From: an uncultured bacterium
Lineage (GTDB): Bacteria; Krumholzibacteriota; Krumholzibacteriia; Krumholzibacteriales; Krumholzibacteriaceae
Assembly: GCA_963786935.1 (NCBI GenBank)
Contig: CAWBAN010000001.1
Span: forward strand, 215,323 to 279,322
Reading direction: 5' to 3'
Length of the DNA stretch: 64,000 nt
Positions 28,883-38,441 of this stretch are shown here, piece by piece. Every line of letters starts with the position of its first letter. The stretch's first letter is position 1. Both the position numbers and the translations under genes were made by a program. Below the pieces are notes generated by a model. The model saw only the letters and a program-made list of their open reading frames with translations, did not search any database and was not told the origin of the DNA.

Positions 28883-30728
28883 TCTCCACGGCGAATCGAT
28901 ACTCGATCCCCGGCGGCGCACGCTGTCGATGATCCTCGTCGGGGCCATGGCGCTCCTCATGATCCGGCTGTTCGTCCTGCAGGTCATCCGTCACGACTAC
29001 TACACGAAGCTCTCCTTCTCGAATCAGCTCCAGCGGGAACGGATCATCGCGCCGCGCGGAATCATCAAGGCGCGGGACGGCTCGAAGCTCGTCGTCAACA
29101 TGCCCGTGTATCAAATCAGCGTGCTGCCGAACCGGGCGGCGAAGCGGCGCGAGCTCCTTACGCTCGCCTGCCGGTGGCTCAAGCTCGATCCGGCGAAGGT
29201 GCAGGGGGACCTCGACGCGTGGATGGGACGCTACCCCGACGGGAGGGAAATGGTCGTCGTGCAGGCCGCCGACAAGGAGCAGATATCGGTGCTTCGGGAG
29301 AACCGCGACCTTCTCTCGTTTTTCCGGCTCGACATGGAGCAGCGGCGTTTCTATCCGGAAGGAAGGCTCGCCGCGCACGTGTTCGGCTACGTGGGAGAGG
29401 CGACCGACGAGGAGGTCGCGAAATCCGAGGCGATCGAGCGGGGAGACGTGCTCGGCCGCACCGGCCTCGAACGGGAGTACGAGAAATACCTGCGGGGGAC
29501 GGACGGAATCCGCATCATCGGCATCAGCGTGCAGGGGACCGAGGTCGGCGAGGTGAGCAATCTGATGAACGAGGACGAGATCGAGCGCCTCGGCGGCGCG
29601 AGATCCCCGGTCCCGGGGGACGAGATCCATCTCACCATCGATCTCAACGTCCAGCGCGCCGCGGAAGCGGCGTTCCAGTGGGAGAGCGGCGCGCTCGTCG
29701 CCATGGACCCGCGCACCGGCGAGATCCTCGCCGCAGTGAGCCGGCCGACATACGATCCGAACATGTTCATCGAAGGCGTGAGCGACGAGAAGTGGAAGCA
29801 GCTCTTCGAGGATCCGGCGCAGGCGATGTTCAACAGGATCGTCCAGGCCCAGTATCCGCCGGGCTCCACCTTCAAGCCCGTGACCGCCTACGAGGCGCTC
29901 ACGAGCGGGAAGATCGGCGAGCACGCGTATCAGCACCCCTGCTCCGGCGGTCTCCGGTTCGGCAACCGCTATTTCAAATGCTGGCAGGCGAAGGGGCACG
30001 GATCGCTCCAGATCGAAGACGCGATCATCCAATCGTGCGACGTCTATTTCTACCAGCTCGGCGAGAAGCTCTCGATCGACGAGTTCGCCGCCGCGGGGCG
30101 CCTGTTCGGGCTCGGGAAGAAATCGGGCGTGGATCTTCCGAGCGAGGCTTCCGGCGTGATGCCCGACGGCGCGTACCTCGACCGGCTGTTCGGGAAGCGG
30201 AAGTGGTCGCGGGGGCTGCTCCTCAACTACTCGATCGGGCAGGGGGAGATCCTCGCCACGCCGATGCAGCTCTGCGCGCTCGCGGCCCGGTTCGCGAACG
30301 GCGGGAGACGGATCCAGCCGCATATCGTCAGCCGGATCGTCGATCCCGACGGCACGGTCGTTTTCAAAGCGAAGGCGGACGCGACCCCCATTCCCGGCAT
30401 CGATCAGCGCGCCCTCGGGATCGTGCGGGACGCGTTGCGGGGAGTCGTGGAGGGCGAGCGGGGGACGGGACGGGCGTCCGCGATCCCGGGCATCGCGGTC
30501 GCGGGAAAAACAGGCACGGCGCAGAATCCGCGCGGCAACGATCACGCGCTGTTCATCGCGTACGCCCCGGCCGACGATCCGGCGATTTGCATTGCCGTCG
30601 TGATGGAGAACGCCGGGCACGGCGGCTCGATGGCCGCGCCCATCGCGCGGCAGGTGCTGGCGGCCTTCTTCAATCCGCTCGAAAGCCCGGGGCCGCTCGC
30701 CTCGCAGGCGTTCGGAGCGCGGGAATAG
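28869..30728 (+). CDS. mrdA: Penicillin-binding protein 2 (elongasome transpeptidase)
   Basis: The GTG start overlaps the mreD end. N-terminal TM. Motifs SxxK (GSTFKPV), SxN (YSIGQG) and KTG (AGKTGTAQ). Confidence 0.92.
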   Translation: MADVDLHGESILDPRRRTLSMILVGAMALLMIRLFVLQVIRHDYYTKLSFSNQLQRERIIAPRGIIKARDGSKLVVNMPVYQISVLPNRAAKRRELLTLACRWLKLDPAKVQGDLDAWMGRYPDGREMVVVQAADKEQISVLRENRDLLSFFRLDMEQRRFYPEGRLAAHVFGYVGEATDEEVAKSEAIERGDVLGRTGLEREYEKYLRGTDGIRIIGISVQGTEVGEVSNLMNEDEIERLGGARSPVPGDEIHLTIDLNVQRAAEAAFQWESGALVAMDPRTGEILAAVSRPTYDPNMFIEGVSDEKWKQLFEDPAQAMFNRIVQAQYPPGSTFKPVTAYEALTSGKIGEHAYQHPCSGGLRFGNRYFKCWQAKGHGSLQIEDAIIQSCDVYFYQLGEKLSIDEFAAAGRLFGLGKKSGVDLPSEASGVMPDGAYLDRLFGKRKWSRGLLLNYSIGQGEILATPMQLCALAARFANGGRRIQPHIVSRIVDPDGTVVFKAKADATPIPGIDQRALGIVRDALRGVVEGERGTGRASAIPGIAVAGKTGTAQNPRGNDHALFIAYAPADDPAICIAVVMENAGHGGSMAAPIARQVLAAFFNPLESPGPLASQAFGARE

Positions 30729-30732
30729 AGCG

Positions 30733-32001
30733 ATGGGCGAGCGGTACTTCCACGATTTCGATTGGATGATCCTGCTGCCGGCGCTTCTCCTCATCGCGGC
30801 GGGGCTCCTCACCCTCTATTCGATCGATCACGTTCCCGCCGAATTCAAGGACGACTTTCAACCGGTGAAGACGGGCGCTTTCGAGCGGCAGCTGATCTGG
30901 GTGCTCGCCGGGCTCGCCGTGATGGCGGTCGCGTGCCTCGTCCCCTTCAAGTACTACGAGGGGACGGCCGTCATCTTCTACGGTGTCGGTCTCCTGCTCC
31001 TCGTCGCCGTGCTCTTCGCGCCGGCGGTGAAGGGAGCGAGGCGCTGGATCGATATCGGCGGATTCAACCTGCAGCCGAGCGAGTTCATGAAGATAGCGGT
31101 CATATTCATGCTCGCGCGCTTTCTCGCCGAGAAGCGGAACCGGCCCGACAGCTTCCGCGTTCTGGCGATCGGCGCCGCGATCGCCCTCGTGCCGTTCCTC
31201 CTCGTGGTGAAGGAGCCGGATCTCGGCACGTCGATCGTCTACCTCGCGCTCCTCTTTCCCGTCATGTACTGGCGGGGCATCGACGAGAGCCTCCTCATCC
31301 TCTTCATGACGCCGATCCTGAGCGCGCTCCTCACGGTGTTCAGCGCGACGGCGGCGGAGCGGGGCAGCTACCCGTATCTCCTGCTCCTGTTCTTCATCGT
31401 GATCCTCATCGCGGCGTACCGCAGCAGGCGCGACCTCGTCCGGAGCATTTCCCTCGTCGGATTGAACGTCGGCGTGATGCTCCTCGTGCCGATCGCGTGG
31501 AGCAGGCTCGAGCCGTACCAGCAGCAGCGCGTCATCACGTTTCTCAGACCGGAATCCGATATCCGCGGCTCGGGGTGGCAGGTGTACCAGTCGAAGCTCG
31601 CGATCGGCTCGGGAGGCTTCATGGGGAAGAAATTCCTCCACGGAACGCACAAGCTCCTCGCGTTTCTTCCCGAGCGCCACAGCGATTTCATCTATTCGGT
31701 CATGTCCGAGGAGTTCGGATTCCTCGGCGCCCTCGTGCTCCTCGTGCTGTACTCGATCATCATCGTCCGCGGGCTCTATCTCGCCACGAAGGTGAAGAAC
31801 CGGTTCGCGTCGATCACCGCCGTGGGCATCTGCTCCTACTTCGCGTTCCACGCGATCATCAACATCGGGATGACGACCGGCCTCACGCCGGTGACCGGGC
31901 TCCCGCTCCCCTTCATGAGCTACGGCGGTTCGTCGATGGTGGTGAGCTGCTTCCTCATCGGCGTGCTGCTCAATTTCAGCAGACGCTTCTACGAGTACTA
32001 G
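30733..32001 (+). CDS. rodA: Rod shape-determining protein RodA (SEDS family)
   Basis: Polytopic membrane protein. Motifs IQPSEFMKIAVIFMLA, EPDLGTSIV, PERHSDFIYSVMSEEFGF, GLPLPFMSYGGSS. Confidence 0.92.
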   Translation: MGERYFHDFDWMILLPALLLIAAGLLTLYSIDHVPAEFKDDFQPVKTGAFERQLIWVLAGLAVMAVACLVPFKYYEGTAVIFYGVGLLLLVAVLFAPAVKGARRWIDIGGFNLQPSEFMKIAVIFMLARFLAEKRNRPDSFRVLAIGAAIALVPFLLVVKEPDLGTSIVYLALLFPVMYWRGIDESLLILFMTPILSALLTVFSATAAERGSYPYLLLLFFIVILIAAYRSRRDLVRSISLVGLNVGVMLLVPIAWSRLEPYQQQRVITFLRPESDIRGSGWQVYQSKLAIGSGGFMGKKFLHGTHKLLAFLPERHSDFIYSVMSEEFGFLGALVLLVLYSIIIVRGLYLATKVKNRFASITAVGICSYFAFHAIINIGMTTGLTPVTGLPLPFMSYGGSSMVVSCFLIGVLLNFSRRFYEY

Positions 32002-32010
32002 GAGGGCCGT

Positions 32011-32796
32011 GTGCATCCCATACTGATCGAGATCGGACCGCTCAAGATATACTCATACGGCTTCATGCTCGCGCTCAGCTTCTGGATCGGGATCCTGCTC
32101 GCGGCGCGGCGTGCCGCGCGGCGCGGCGTCAAGCCGGATCACATCTACGACATGAGCATCATCCTGATCCTCGCCGCCGTGATCGGGTCGCGCGCGCTGT
32201 ACATCCTCACGCACCGCGCGGATTACCGGAGCCTCATCGACATCGTGGCGCTGTGGCAGGGGGGAGCGACCTTCTACGGGGGCTTCATCCTCGCGCTCGC
32301 CGGGGCGATCGCCTATATCCGGAGCAGGAAGCTCGCGTTCCTCGTCGTCGCCGACGTGTGCGCCCCATCGATCGCGCTCGGCTTCTTTTTCACGAGGATC
32401 GGCTGCTTCCTGAGCGGATGCTGCTTCGGGCATCCGACCGCTTCGTTTCTCGGCGTCGTCTTTCCGCCCGGGTCCCCGGCGGGGTATTACTGCGCCGGCG
32501 TCGCGGTGCACCCGACGCAGCTCTACGATTCCTTCTACGGCCTCGTCACCGCGTGCGCGCTCCTGCTCATCGATCGGAATAGTCCGTTCGCCGGCTTCAC
32601 CTTCGCCATGCTGTGCGTGCTCTACGGGGCGGGGCGCTTCACGATCGATTTTCTCAGGTTCTACGAGGATTCGGCCGTGGTGGGCAATCGTCTCGCGGTG
32701 AGCCAGATCATGAGCCTCGCGCTCATCGCGGTCGGTGTCCTCATGCTCGTGGCGCTGTCGGCCCGCGCGCGGAGGGCGAGGGGGACGGCGGCGTAG
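32011..32796 (+). CDS. lgt: Prolipoprotein diacylglyceryl transferase
   Basis: GPLKIYSYGFMLALSFWIG..., LWQGGATFYGG, FTRIGCFLSGCCFG, HPTQLYDS, FLRFY. Confidence 0.92.
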   Translation: MHPILIEIGPLKIYSYGFMLALSFWIGILLAARRAARRGVKPDHIYDMSIILILAAVIGSRALYILTHRADYRSLIDIVALWQGGATFYGGFILALAGAIAYIRSRKLAFLVVADVCAPSIALGFFFTRIGCFLSGCCFGHPTASFLGVVFPPGSPAGYYCAGVAVHPTQLYDSFYGLVTACALLLIDRNSPFAGFTFAMLCVLYGAGRFTIDFLRFYEDSAVVGNRLAVSQIMSLALIAVGVLMLVALSARARRARGTAA

Positions 32797-32854
32797 GGCG
32801 GCGGCGCGCGGGGCGCGCGTCGGGATCGCGATCAGGGGGAAGGGCGGCGGTGCG

Positions 32855-33643
32855 GTGCGGGGATTTCTCTCGTTTCTCCTCGATATGCTCGTTCCGCGTT
32901 CGTGCCTCGTCTGCGGGCGGGGGATCGGGCCGTTCGATCCCGCCTCCGGCGCGGCCGTATCGGGCTCGTGCGCCCGCATGAAAGAGTTCCTCGAGTCGGA
33001 GCTGCGCTTCTCCCTCTTCACGGGGCTCTCGCTCTCGGCGGACGTTCTCTGCGCGGGCTGCTGGACGAGGCTCGAGCCCGCCCGGGGAGCGGGATTCGTT
33101 TCGCCGTTCGCCGGCGGCGACGGAACGGTATCGGTCATCGCTCCGTTCCACACGAACGACGAGCTCCTCGCGCTCGTGCGGTTTCTCAAGTTCTCGGGCG
33201 GGAGATCCGCGGCTCCGCCGCTCGGCTGGTGGATGGCGGCGGCGCTCGGGGATTACCTCGAGCGGTCGCGCGGCCGCGATTCGCTCCGCCCGCTGCTCAT
33301 CCCCGTTCCGCTCCATCCAAAACGGGAGAAGGAGCGCGGCTACAATCAGTCGGCGCTGCTCGTCGGGGAAGTTGCCGGGCGTCTCGGGCTCGCGGCGGAT
33401 CCGCGCGTTCTCGTGAGAATCAGGAACACGAGAGCGCAATCGACGCTCGACCGGGAAGCGCGCTCGGGGAACATGAGCGGCGCCTTCAGTCTCGGCGACG
33501 GAGCGGCCGCCGCGGGCAGAGACATCGTTCTGGTGGACGATCTGGTGACGACGGGGGAGACGGTGAGGGCCTGCGCCGCGGCGCTCGCCGCGGCGTCGCC
33601 GCGATCCGTCATCGTCCTTTCGGCGGGCCGCGCAAGAGATTGA
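32855..33643 (+). CDS. comF: ComF-family protein (phosphoribosyltransferase fold)
   Basis: From track ORF 32735..33643. The start is probably GTG 32855 or ATG 32885. N-terminal Cys pairs (CLVCG...CAGCW). Motifs ERGYNQSALL, NMSGAF and the PRT motif IVLVDDLVTTGET. Confidence 0.85.
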   Translation: MRGFLSFLLDMLVPRSCLVCGRGIGPFDPASGAAVSGSCARMKEFLESELRFSLFTGLSLSADVLCAGCWTRLEPARGAGFVSPFAGGDGTVSVIAPFHTNDELLALVRFLKFSGGRSAAPPLGWWMAAALGDYLERSRGRDSLRPLLIPVPLHPKREKERGYNQSALLVGEVAGRLGLAADPRVLVRIRNTRAQSTLDREARSGNMSGAFSLGDGAAAAGRDIVLVDDLVTTGETVRACAAALAAASPRSVIVLSAGRARD

Positions 33644-33784
33644 GAATTATATGCCCTGCGCGTTTCTGGGGACCTCCTCGCGGCGGCCGGCGGCCGGCCT
33701 TCTGCGCTTGACAGACCGGGGCGTCCTGTGGGAACATTGCCCTGTTTCGGCGAATTCGCCGGACAAGAACAAGGGAAGGGAATC

Positions 33785-34708
33785 GTGCTCGCTACCAACC
33801 GAGAGCTCATGGCGGCCGCCCGGAAGGGCACGTACGCGGTTGGCGCTTTCAACATAAACAATATGGAATTCCTGCAGGCGATCACGGGCGCCGCCGAGGA
33901 GCTCGGGAGCCCCGCGATCATCGCCCTCTCGGAAGGGGCGATCAAGTACGCCGGTTTCAGGAACATCGTTTCGATGGTGAGGTTCACGGCCGAGGAGAAG
34001 AAGGTTCCCATCTCCCTGCACCTCGATCACGGGAAGGACATGGAAGTCATCGCGAAATGCATCGAGGGAGGCTTCACCTCGGTGATGATCGACGGTTCCG
34101 CGCTCCCCTTCGAGGAGAACGTGACGGTGACGACGCGAGTCGTCCAGATGGCCAAGCCGAAGGGAGTCTCGGTCGAGGGAGAGCTCGGGAAGCTCGCCGG
34201 GATCGAGGACAACGTCTCGGTCGCCGAGCGCGACGCGGCGCTCACCGATCCGGCGCAGGCGGAGGAGTTCGTCAAGCGCACCGGCGTCGACGCGCTCGCG
34301 ATCGCCGTCGGCACCTCCCACGGCGCGTACAAATTCAAGGGAGCCGCGAACCTCGCGCTCGACCGCATCAGCGAGATCGCTTCGCGCGTCCCCGCGCTCC
34401 TCGTGCTCCACGGCGCGTCGGGCGTCAAGCAGGAGAACGTCGATATCGCCAACAAATTCGGCGCGGCGATCAAGGGGGCCAAGGGCGTGCCCGACACGGC
34501 GATCGTCGAGGCGATCCGCCGGGGAATCACGAAGGTCAACATCGATACGGACATGCGGATCGCGTTCACCGCGTTCGTGCGGAAGGCGCTCGCCGAGAAG
34601 CCCGAGGAGATCGATCCCCGCACGGTGCTCGGTCCGGGGCGGGACGCGATCGCCGCGGTGGTTCGCGAGAAGATAAAGCTCTTCGGGAGCGAAGGCAAAG
34701 CCAGGTAG
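33785..34708 (+). CDS. fba: Class II fructose-bisphosphate aldolase
   Basis: GTG 33785 after AAGGGAAGGG, inside track ORF 33728..34708. Motifs YAVGAFNINNMEF, LHLDHG, GELG and LVLHGASG. Confidence 0.9.
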   Translation: MLATNRELMAAARKGTYAVGAFNINNMEFLQAITGAAEELGSPAIIALSEGAIKYAGFRNIVSMVRFTAEEKKVPISLHLDHGKDMEVIAKCIEGGFTSVMIDGSALPFEENVTVTTRVVQMAKPKGVSVEGELGKLAGIEDNVSVAERDAALTDPAQAEEFVKRTGVDALAIAVGTSHGAYKFKGAANLALDRISEIASRVPALLVLHGASGVKQENVDIANKFGAAIKGAKGVPDTAIVEAIRRGITKVNIDTDMRIAFTAFVRKALAEKPEEIDPRTVLGPGRDAIAAVVREKIKLFGSEGKAR

Positions 34709-34739
34709 GGGAAGCACATCACTCAAGGAGGAGAGTCTC

Positions 34740-35741
34740 ATGGCGATCAAGGTTGCCATCAACGGTTTCGGGAGAATCGGCCGCCTCGTGTTTCGCGAGA
34801 TCGGGAAGAACAAGGATTTCGACGTCGTCGCCGTCAACGATCTCACGAACGCGGCCACGCTCGCGCACCTCGTGAAGTACGACTCCGTTCACGGGAAGTA
34901 CAAGGGCTCGGTGGCGGTCAAGGACGACAAGTACATCGTCGTGGACGGAAACGAGGTTGAAGTGCTCGCCGAGAAGAATCCGGCGGCGCTGCCGTGGAAG
35001 AAGCTCGGCGTCGACGTCGTCATCGAATCGACCGGCAAGTTCCGCAAGCACAAGGACGCCTCGCTCCACATCGAGGCGGGCGCGCGGAAGGTCATCATCT
35101 CGGCGCCGTCCCCCGATCCCGACATCATGATCGTCATGGGCGTGAACGACAAGCTCTACGACAACGCGAAGCACCACATCATCTCGACCGCTTCGTGCAC
35201 GACGAACTGCATCGCGCCGATCGCCAAGATTCTCCACGATTCCTTCGGGATCGCGAACGGCTTCATGACGACGATCCACGCGTACACGAACGACCAGGTG
35301 ATCCTCGATTTTCCGCACAAGGACCTCCGGCGGGCGCGCGCCGCGGCCGTGTCCATGATCCCGACGACGACGGGCGCCGCCTCGGCCGTCGGCAAGGTGA
35401 TGCCCGAGCTCAAGGGGAAGCTCGACGGCACGTCGGTGCGCGTTCCCGTGGCCGACGGCTCGCTCGTCGACCTCGTGGTGACGCTCGAGAAGGACGCCAC
35501 GGTCGAGGCGATCAACGCCGCCGTCAAGAAGGCGGCCGCCGGGCCGATGAAGGGCTTCGTCGAGTACTGCGAGGATCCGATCGTGTCGTGCGACGTCATC
35601 GGCAATCCCGCCTCGTCGATCTTCGACGCGCTCTCCACGATGAGCGTCACGCCTCGGGTGTTCAAGATATTCTCGTGGTACGATAACGAATACGGCTATT
35701 CGATGAGAATGGTCGACATGATGAAGCTCATCGCCCGGTAG
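34740..35741 (+). CDS. gap: Type I glyceraldehyde-3-phosphate dehydrogenase
   Basis: INGFGRIGRLV, catalytic ASCTTNC, WYDNEYGYS. Confidence 0.97.
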   Translation: MAIKVAINGFGRIGRLVFREIGKNKDFDVVAVNDLTNAATLAHLVKYDSVHGKYKGSVAVKDDKYIVVDGNEVEVLAEKNPAALPWKKLGVDVVIESTGKFRKHKDASLHIEAGARKVIISAPSPDPDIMIVMGVNDKLYDNAKHHIISTASCTTNCIAPIAKILHDSFGIANGFMTTIHAYTNDQVILDFPHKDLRRARAAAVSMIPTTTGAASAVGKVMPELKGKLDGTSVRVPVADGSLVDLVVTLEKDATVEAINAAVKKAAAGPMKGFVEYCEDPIVSCDVIGNPASSIFDALSTMSVTPRVFKIFSWYDNEYGYSMRMVDMMKLIAR

Positions 35742-35779
35742 CCGGGCGCGTCACGCTCACCCTCGAGGAGGAGAAGGCA

Positions 35780-36976
35780 TTGAGGAAAAAGACTCTCAGG
35801 GACGTGGATCTCAAAGGCCGCAGGATCCTCATGCGCGTCGATTTCAACGTGCCGCTCTCGAAGGAAGGGAGCATCACGGACGACACGCGCGTGCGCGCCT
35901 CGCTTCCGAGCATCGATTACATCGCCGCGCAGGGCGGAAGCTGCGTGCTCATGTCGCACCTCGGCAGGCCGAAGGGGAAGAAGGACAAGACCTATACGCT
36001 GCGCCCCGTCGCCGATTGCCTCGGGGACCTCGTGAAGCACCCGGTACGCTTCGTCGAGGATTGCGTCGGGCCCGACGTGGAGAAGGCCGCCGCGGCGCTC
36101 CGTCCCGGCGAGATTCTCCTGCTCGAGAACGTGCGGTTCTACGCCGAGGAGGAGGCCAACGATCCCGGATTCGCCAAACGGCTCGCCGCCTGCGGCGATC
36201 TCTACGCGAGCGACGCGTTCGGGACCGCGCATCGGGCGCACGCCTCGACGGTCGGCGTGACGAGCCATTTCAAGGATAAGGTGGCCGGTTTTCTCATGGA
36301 GAAGGAGATCGAGGCGCTCGAGGGACTCCTGTTGAATCCCGCGCGGCCGTTCGTCGCCATCCTCGGCGGCGCCAAGGTCTCGGGGAAGCTCGATCTCATC
36401 AAGAATCTGCTCGGCACGGTCGACCGCGTGCTCATCGGCGGCGGCATGGCGTTCACCTTCTTCAAGGCGGCCGGCCTCGAAATCGGCACGTCGATCGTCG
36501 ACAACGATCTCGTCCCCCTCTGCCGCGAGGTGATGGAGCCGGACGGAGCGAAAGGGAAGCGCATCTTCCTGCCGGTCGACTGCGTCGTCGCGAAGGAAGT
36601 GAGCGCCGCGGCCGAAAGCAAGGTTGTCTCGACGGGGGATATCCCCGAGGACTGGGCGGGCGTCGACATCGGCGACAAGACGGTCGACCTGTTCCGCGAC
36701 GAGCTCATGAAGGCGAAAACGGTGTTCTGGAACGGCCCCATGGGCGTTTTCGAGATCCCGAACTTCTCGAACGGCACGAAGAAGATCGCGCGGATCATGG
36801 CCGAGATCACGAGGAAGGGGACGAAAACGGTCATCGGCGGCGGAGACTCCGTCGCCGCGCTGAATCAGCTCGGTCTCGCATCGAAGATCACGCATGTTTC
36901 CACGGGCGGGGGCGCCTCCCTCGAGCTCCTCGAGGGGAAGAAGCTCCCCGGCGTCGAGGCGCTGAGCGACCGGTAA
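35780..36976 (+). CDS. pgk: Phosphoglycerate kinase
   Basis: TTG start after GGAGGAG. Motifs VDFNVP, SHLGRPKG, AILGGAKVS, FWNGPMGVFE, GGGDS. Confidence 0.97.
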   Translation: MRKKTLRDVDLKGRRILMRVDFNVPLSKEGSITDDTRVRASLPSIDYIAAQGGSCVLMSHLGRPKGKKDKTYTLRPVADCLGDLVKHPVRFVEDCVGPDVEKAAAALRPGEILLLENVRFYAEEEANDPGFAKRLAACGDLYASDAFGTAHRAHASTVGVTSHFKDKVAGFLMEKEIEALEGLLLNPARPFVAILGGAKVSGKLDLIKNLLGTVDRVLIGGGMAFTFFKAAGLEIGTSIVDNDLVPLCREVMEPDGAKGKRIFLPVDCVVAKEVSAAAESKVVSTGDIPEDWAGVDIGDKTVDLFRDELMKAKTVFWNGPMGVFEIPNFSNGTKKIARIMAEITRKGTKTVIGGGDSVAALNQLGLASKITHVSTGGGASLELLEGKKLPGVEALSDR

Positions 36977-36977
36977 T

Positions 36978-37730
36978 ATGAGACGGAAGATACTGGCCGG
37001 AAATTGGAAAATGAACCTGGATCACGTGGCGGGCGCCGCGCTCGCGCGGGAGATCCGCCGCGGGGTGGAGTCCGCCCCGTCCGCATGCGACGTGGTCCTC
37101 ATTCCTTCCTTCACCACGCTTCCCGCCGTCGCCGAGGCGGTGCGCGGCTCGTCCGTGAAGACGGGCGCGCAGGATATCTATTTCGAGGACGAGGGGGCCT
37201 ACACCGGCGAGATATCCGGGGGGATGCTCCGCGCCCTCGGCTGCGCGTACGCGCTCGTCGGCCATTCCGAGCGGCGGCACGTCATCGGGGAAACGGACGC
37301 CGTCATCGCCCGGAAGCTCCGCGCCGCGCTTCGCGCCGGACTCGTCCCGATCCTGTGCGTGGGAGAGCTCCTCGCGGAGCGGGAGGCCGGCACGGCGATC
37401 GAAGTCGTCACCGGCCAGGTTCGGGACGCGTGCGGCGGTCTCGCGCCGGAGGAGTTCTCGCGGGTCGTCGTCGCGTACGAACCCGTGTGGGCGATCGGAA
37501 CGGGCAAAACCGCCACTCCGAAGGACGCCTCCGAGATGCACGGCGTGATACGGATCGTCATCCGGGAGCTTTTCGGAACCGCCGCTTCCGAGAACGCGGG
37601 GCTACTGTACGGGGGGAGCGCCAAAGCTGACAATGCCCCGGCGCTTCTCGCGGAGCCTGAAGTCGACGGCCTCCTCGTCGGGGGGGCCTCCCTCAAGGCA
37701 TCGAGCTTCCTCGGCATGATTCCCCGCTAA
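36978..37730 (+). CDS. tpiA: Triose-phosphate isomerase
   Basis: AGNWKMN, VGHSERR, AYEPVWAIGTG, YGGS. Confidence 0.97.
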   Translation: MRRKILAGNWKMNLDHVAGAALAREIRRGVESAPSACDVVLIPSFTTLPAVAEAVRGSSVKTGAQDIYFEDEGAYTGEISGGMLRALGCAYALVGHSERRHVIGETDAVIARKLRAALRAGLVPILCVGELLAEREAGTAIEVVTGQVRDACGGLAPEEFSRVVVAYEPVWAIGTGKTATPKDASEMHGVIRIVIRELFGTAASENAGLLYGGSAKADNAPALLAEPEVDGLLVGGASLKASSFLGMIPR

Positions 37731-37746
37731 TTGCTTGATAAATCAT

Positions 37747-37775
37747 TTGACTGCGGGGGAAGTTTTCATTAGACT
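37747..37775 (+). promoter_or_regulatory. Sigma70-type promoter candidate for secG and tRNA-Leu
   Basis: TTGACT (37747-37752), a 17-nt spacer, then TAGACT (37770-37775), in the AT-rich tpiA-secG spacer. Confidence 0.45.
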
Positions 37776-37802
37776 ACTGTTTTTGAAAAGGCTGGTGGAG
37801 GA

Positions 37803-38252
37803 ATGCTCTTCAATATCGTTCTGGCGCTGCATCTTCTTGGCTGCGTGCTGCTTACGATAGTGGTGCTCATGCAGTCGAGCAAGGGGGGCGCTCTGTCGGC
37901 GGCATTCGGCGGCAGCTCAGGACAGATCTTCGGCGGTCGCGAGACCGCGACGTTTCTCGGCAAGGCGACCCAGTACTTGGCGATTCTTTTCTTCCTGACG
38001 TCCCTTTCTCTCGCGTTTTTATCGACGGGGAGGGGCGCCGGAACCGGCAGGGAATCGAGCCCGCTGCGGAGAGCCGCGTCCCAGCAGTGGGGGACGGTCG
38101 CTCCCGAGGATCAGAAGAACATCGAGGACGTGCTCGGAAACGTGCCCCAGCCGGGCCAGGAAGCCCAAGGCGGCGCCGCACAGAGCAGCCCGCAGGGTGG
38201 GAGCCAGGGGAAACCCGCGGAGGCGCAGAAGCCGAACCCGGGGGGCAAGTAA
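37803..38252 (+). CDS. secG: Preprotein translocase subunit SecG with a long low-complexity C-terminal extension
   Basis: TM1, then the Gly-rich loop MQSSKGGALSAAFGGSSGQIFGGRETATFL, then TM2. About 75 further residues are rich in Gly/Gln/Pro/Ala. Confidence 0.88.
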   Translation: MLFNIVLALHLLGCVLLTIVVLMQSSKGGALSAAFGGSSGQIFGGRETATFLGKATQYLAILFFLTSLSLAFLSTGRGAGTGRESSPLRRAASQQWGTVAPEDQKNIEDVLGNVPQPGQEAQGGAAQSSPQGGSQGKPAEAQKPNPGGK

Positions 38253-38281
38253 GAGGTTCCCCCTTCGAGATACCGAATTGT

Positions 38282-38363
38282 GCCGGGGTGGTGGAATTGG
38301 CAGACACGCTACTTTGAGGGGGTAGTGGGGCGACCCGTGCGGGTTCAAATCCCGCCCCCGGCA
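38282..38363 (+). tRNA. tRNA-Leu (anticodon GAG), class II with long variable arm; no encoded CCA
   Basis: Hand-folded cloverleaf. Acceptor GCCGGGG/CCCCGGC. 3-bp D stem. Anticodon stem CTACT/GGTAG with loop TT-GAG-GG. Variable arm ggg-gcga-ccc. T arm GCGGG-TTCAAAT-CCCGC. Discriminator A. Confidence 0.92.
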
Positions 38364-38375
38364 TTTGAAATTCTC

Positions 38376-38407
38376 GGGGCTTCTCAAAGCCCCCGTTTTT
38401 TATTTTC
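38376..38407 (+). terminator. Rho-independent terminator after tRNA-Leu
   Basis: Stem ggggctt / aagcccc with loop ctca, followed by cgTTTTTTaTTTT. Confidence 0.75.
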
Positions 38408-38441
38408 ACGGCGGGCCGTCCCGCCGCCGAAGCAGGGGATC

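Noticed and set aside
28734-30812. 692-aa minus-strand ORF.
   Set aside because: It is antisense to mrdA, whose SxxK, SxN and KTG motifs are intact on the plus strand.
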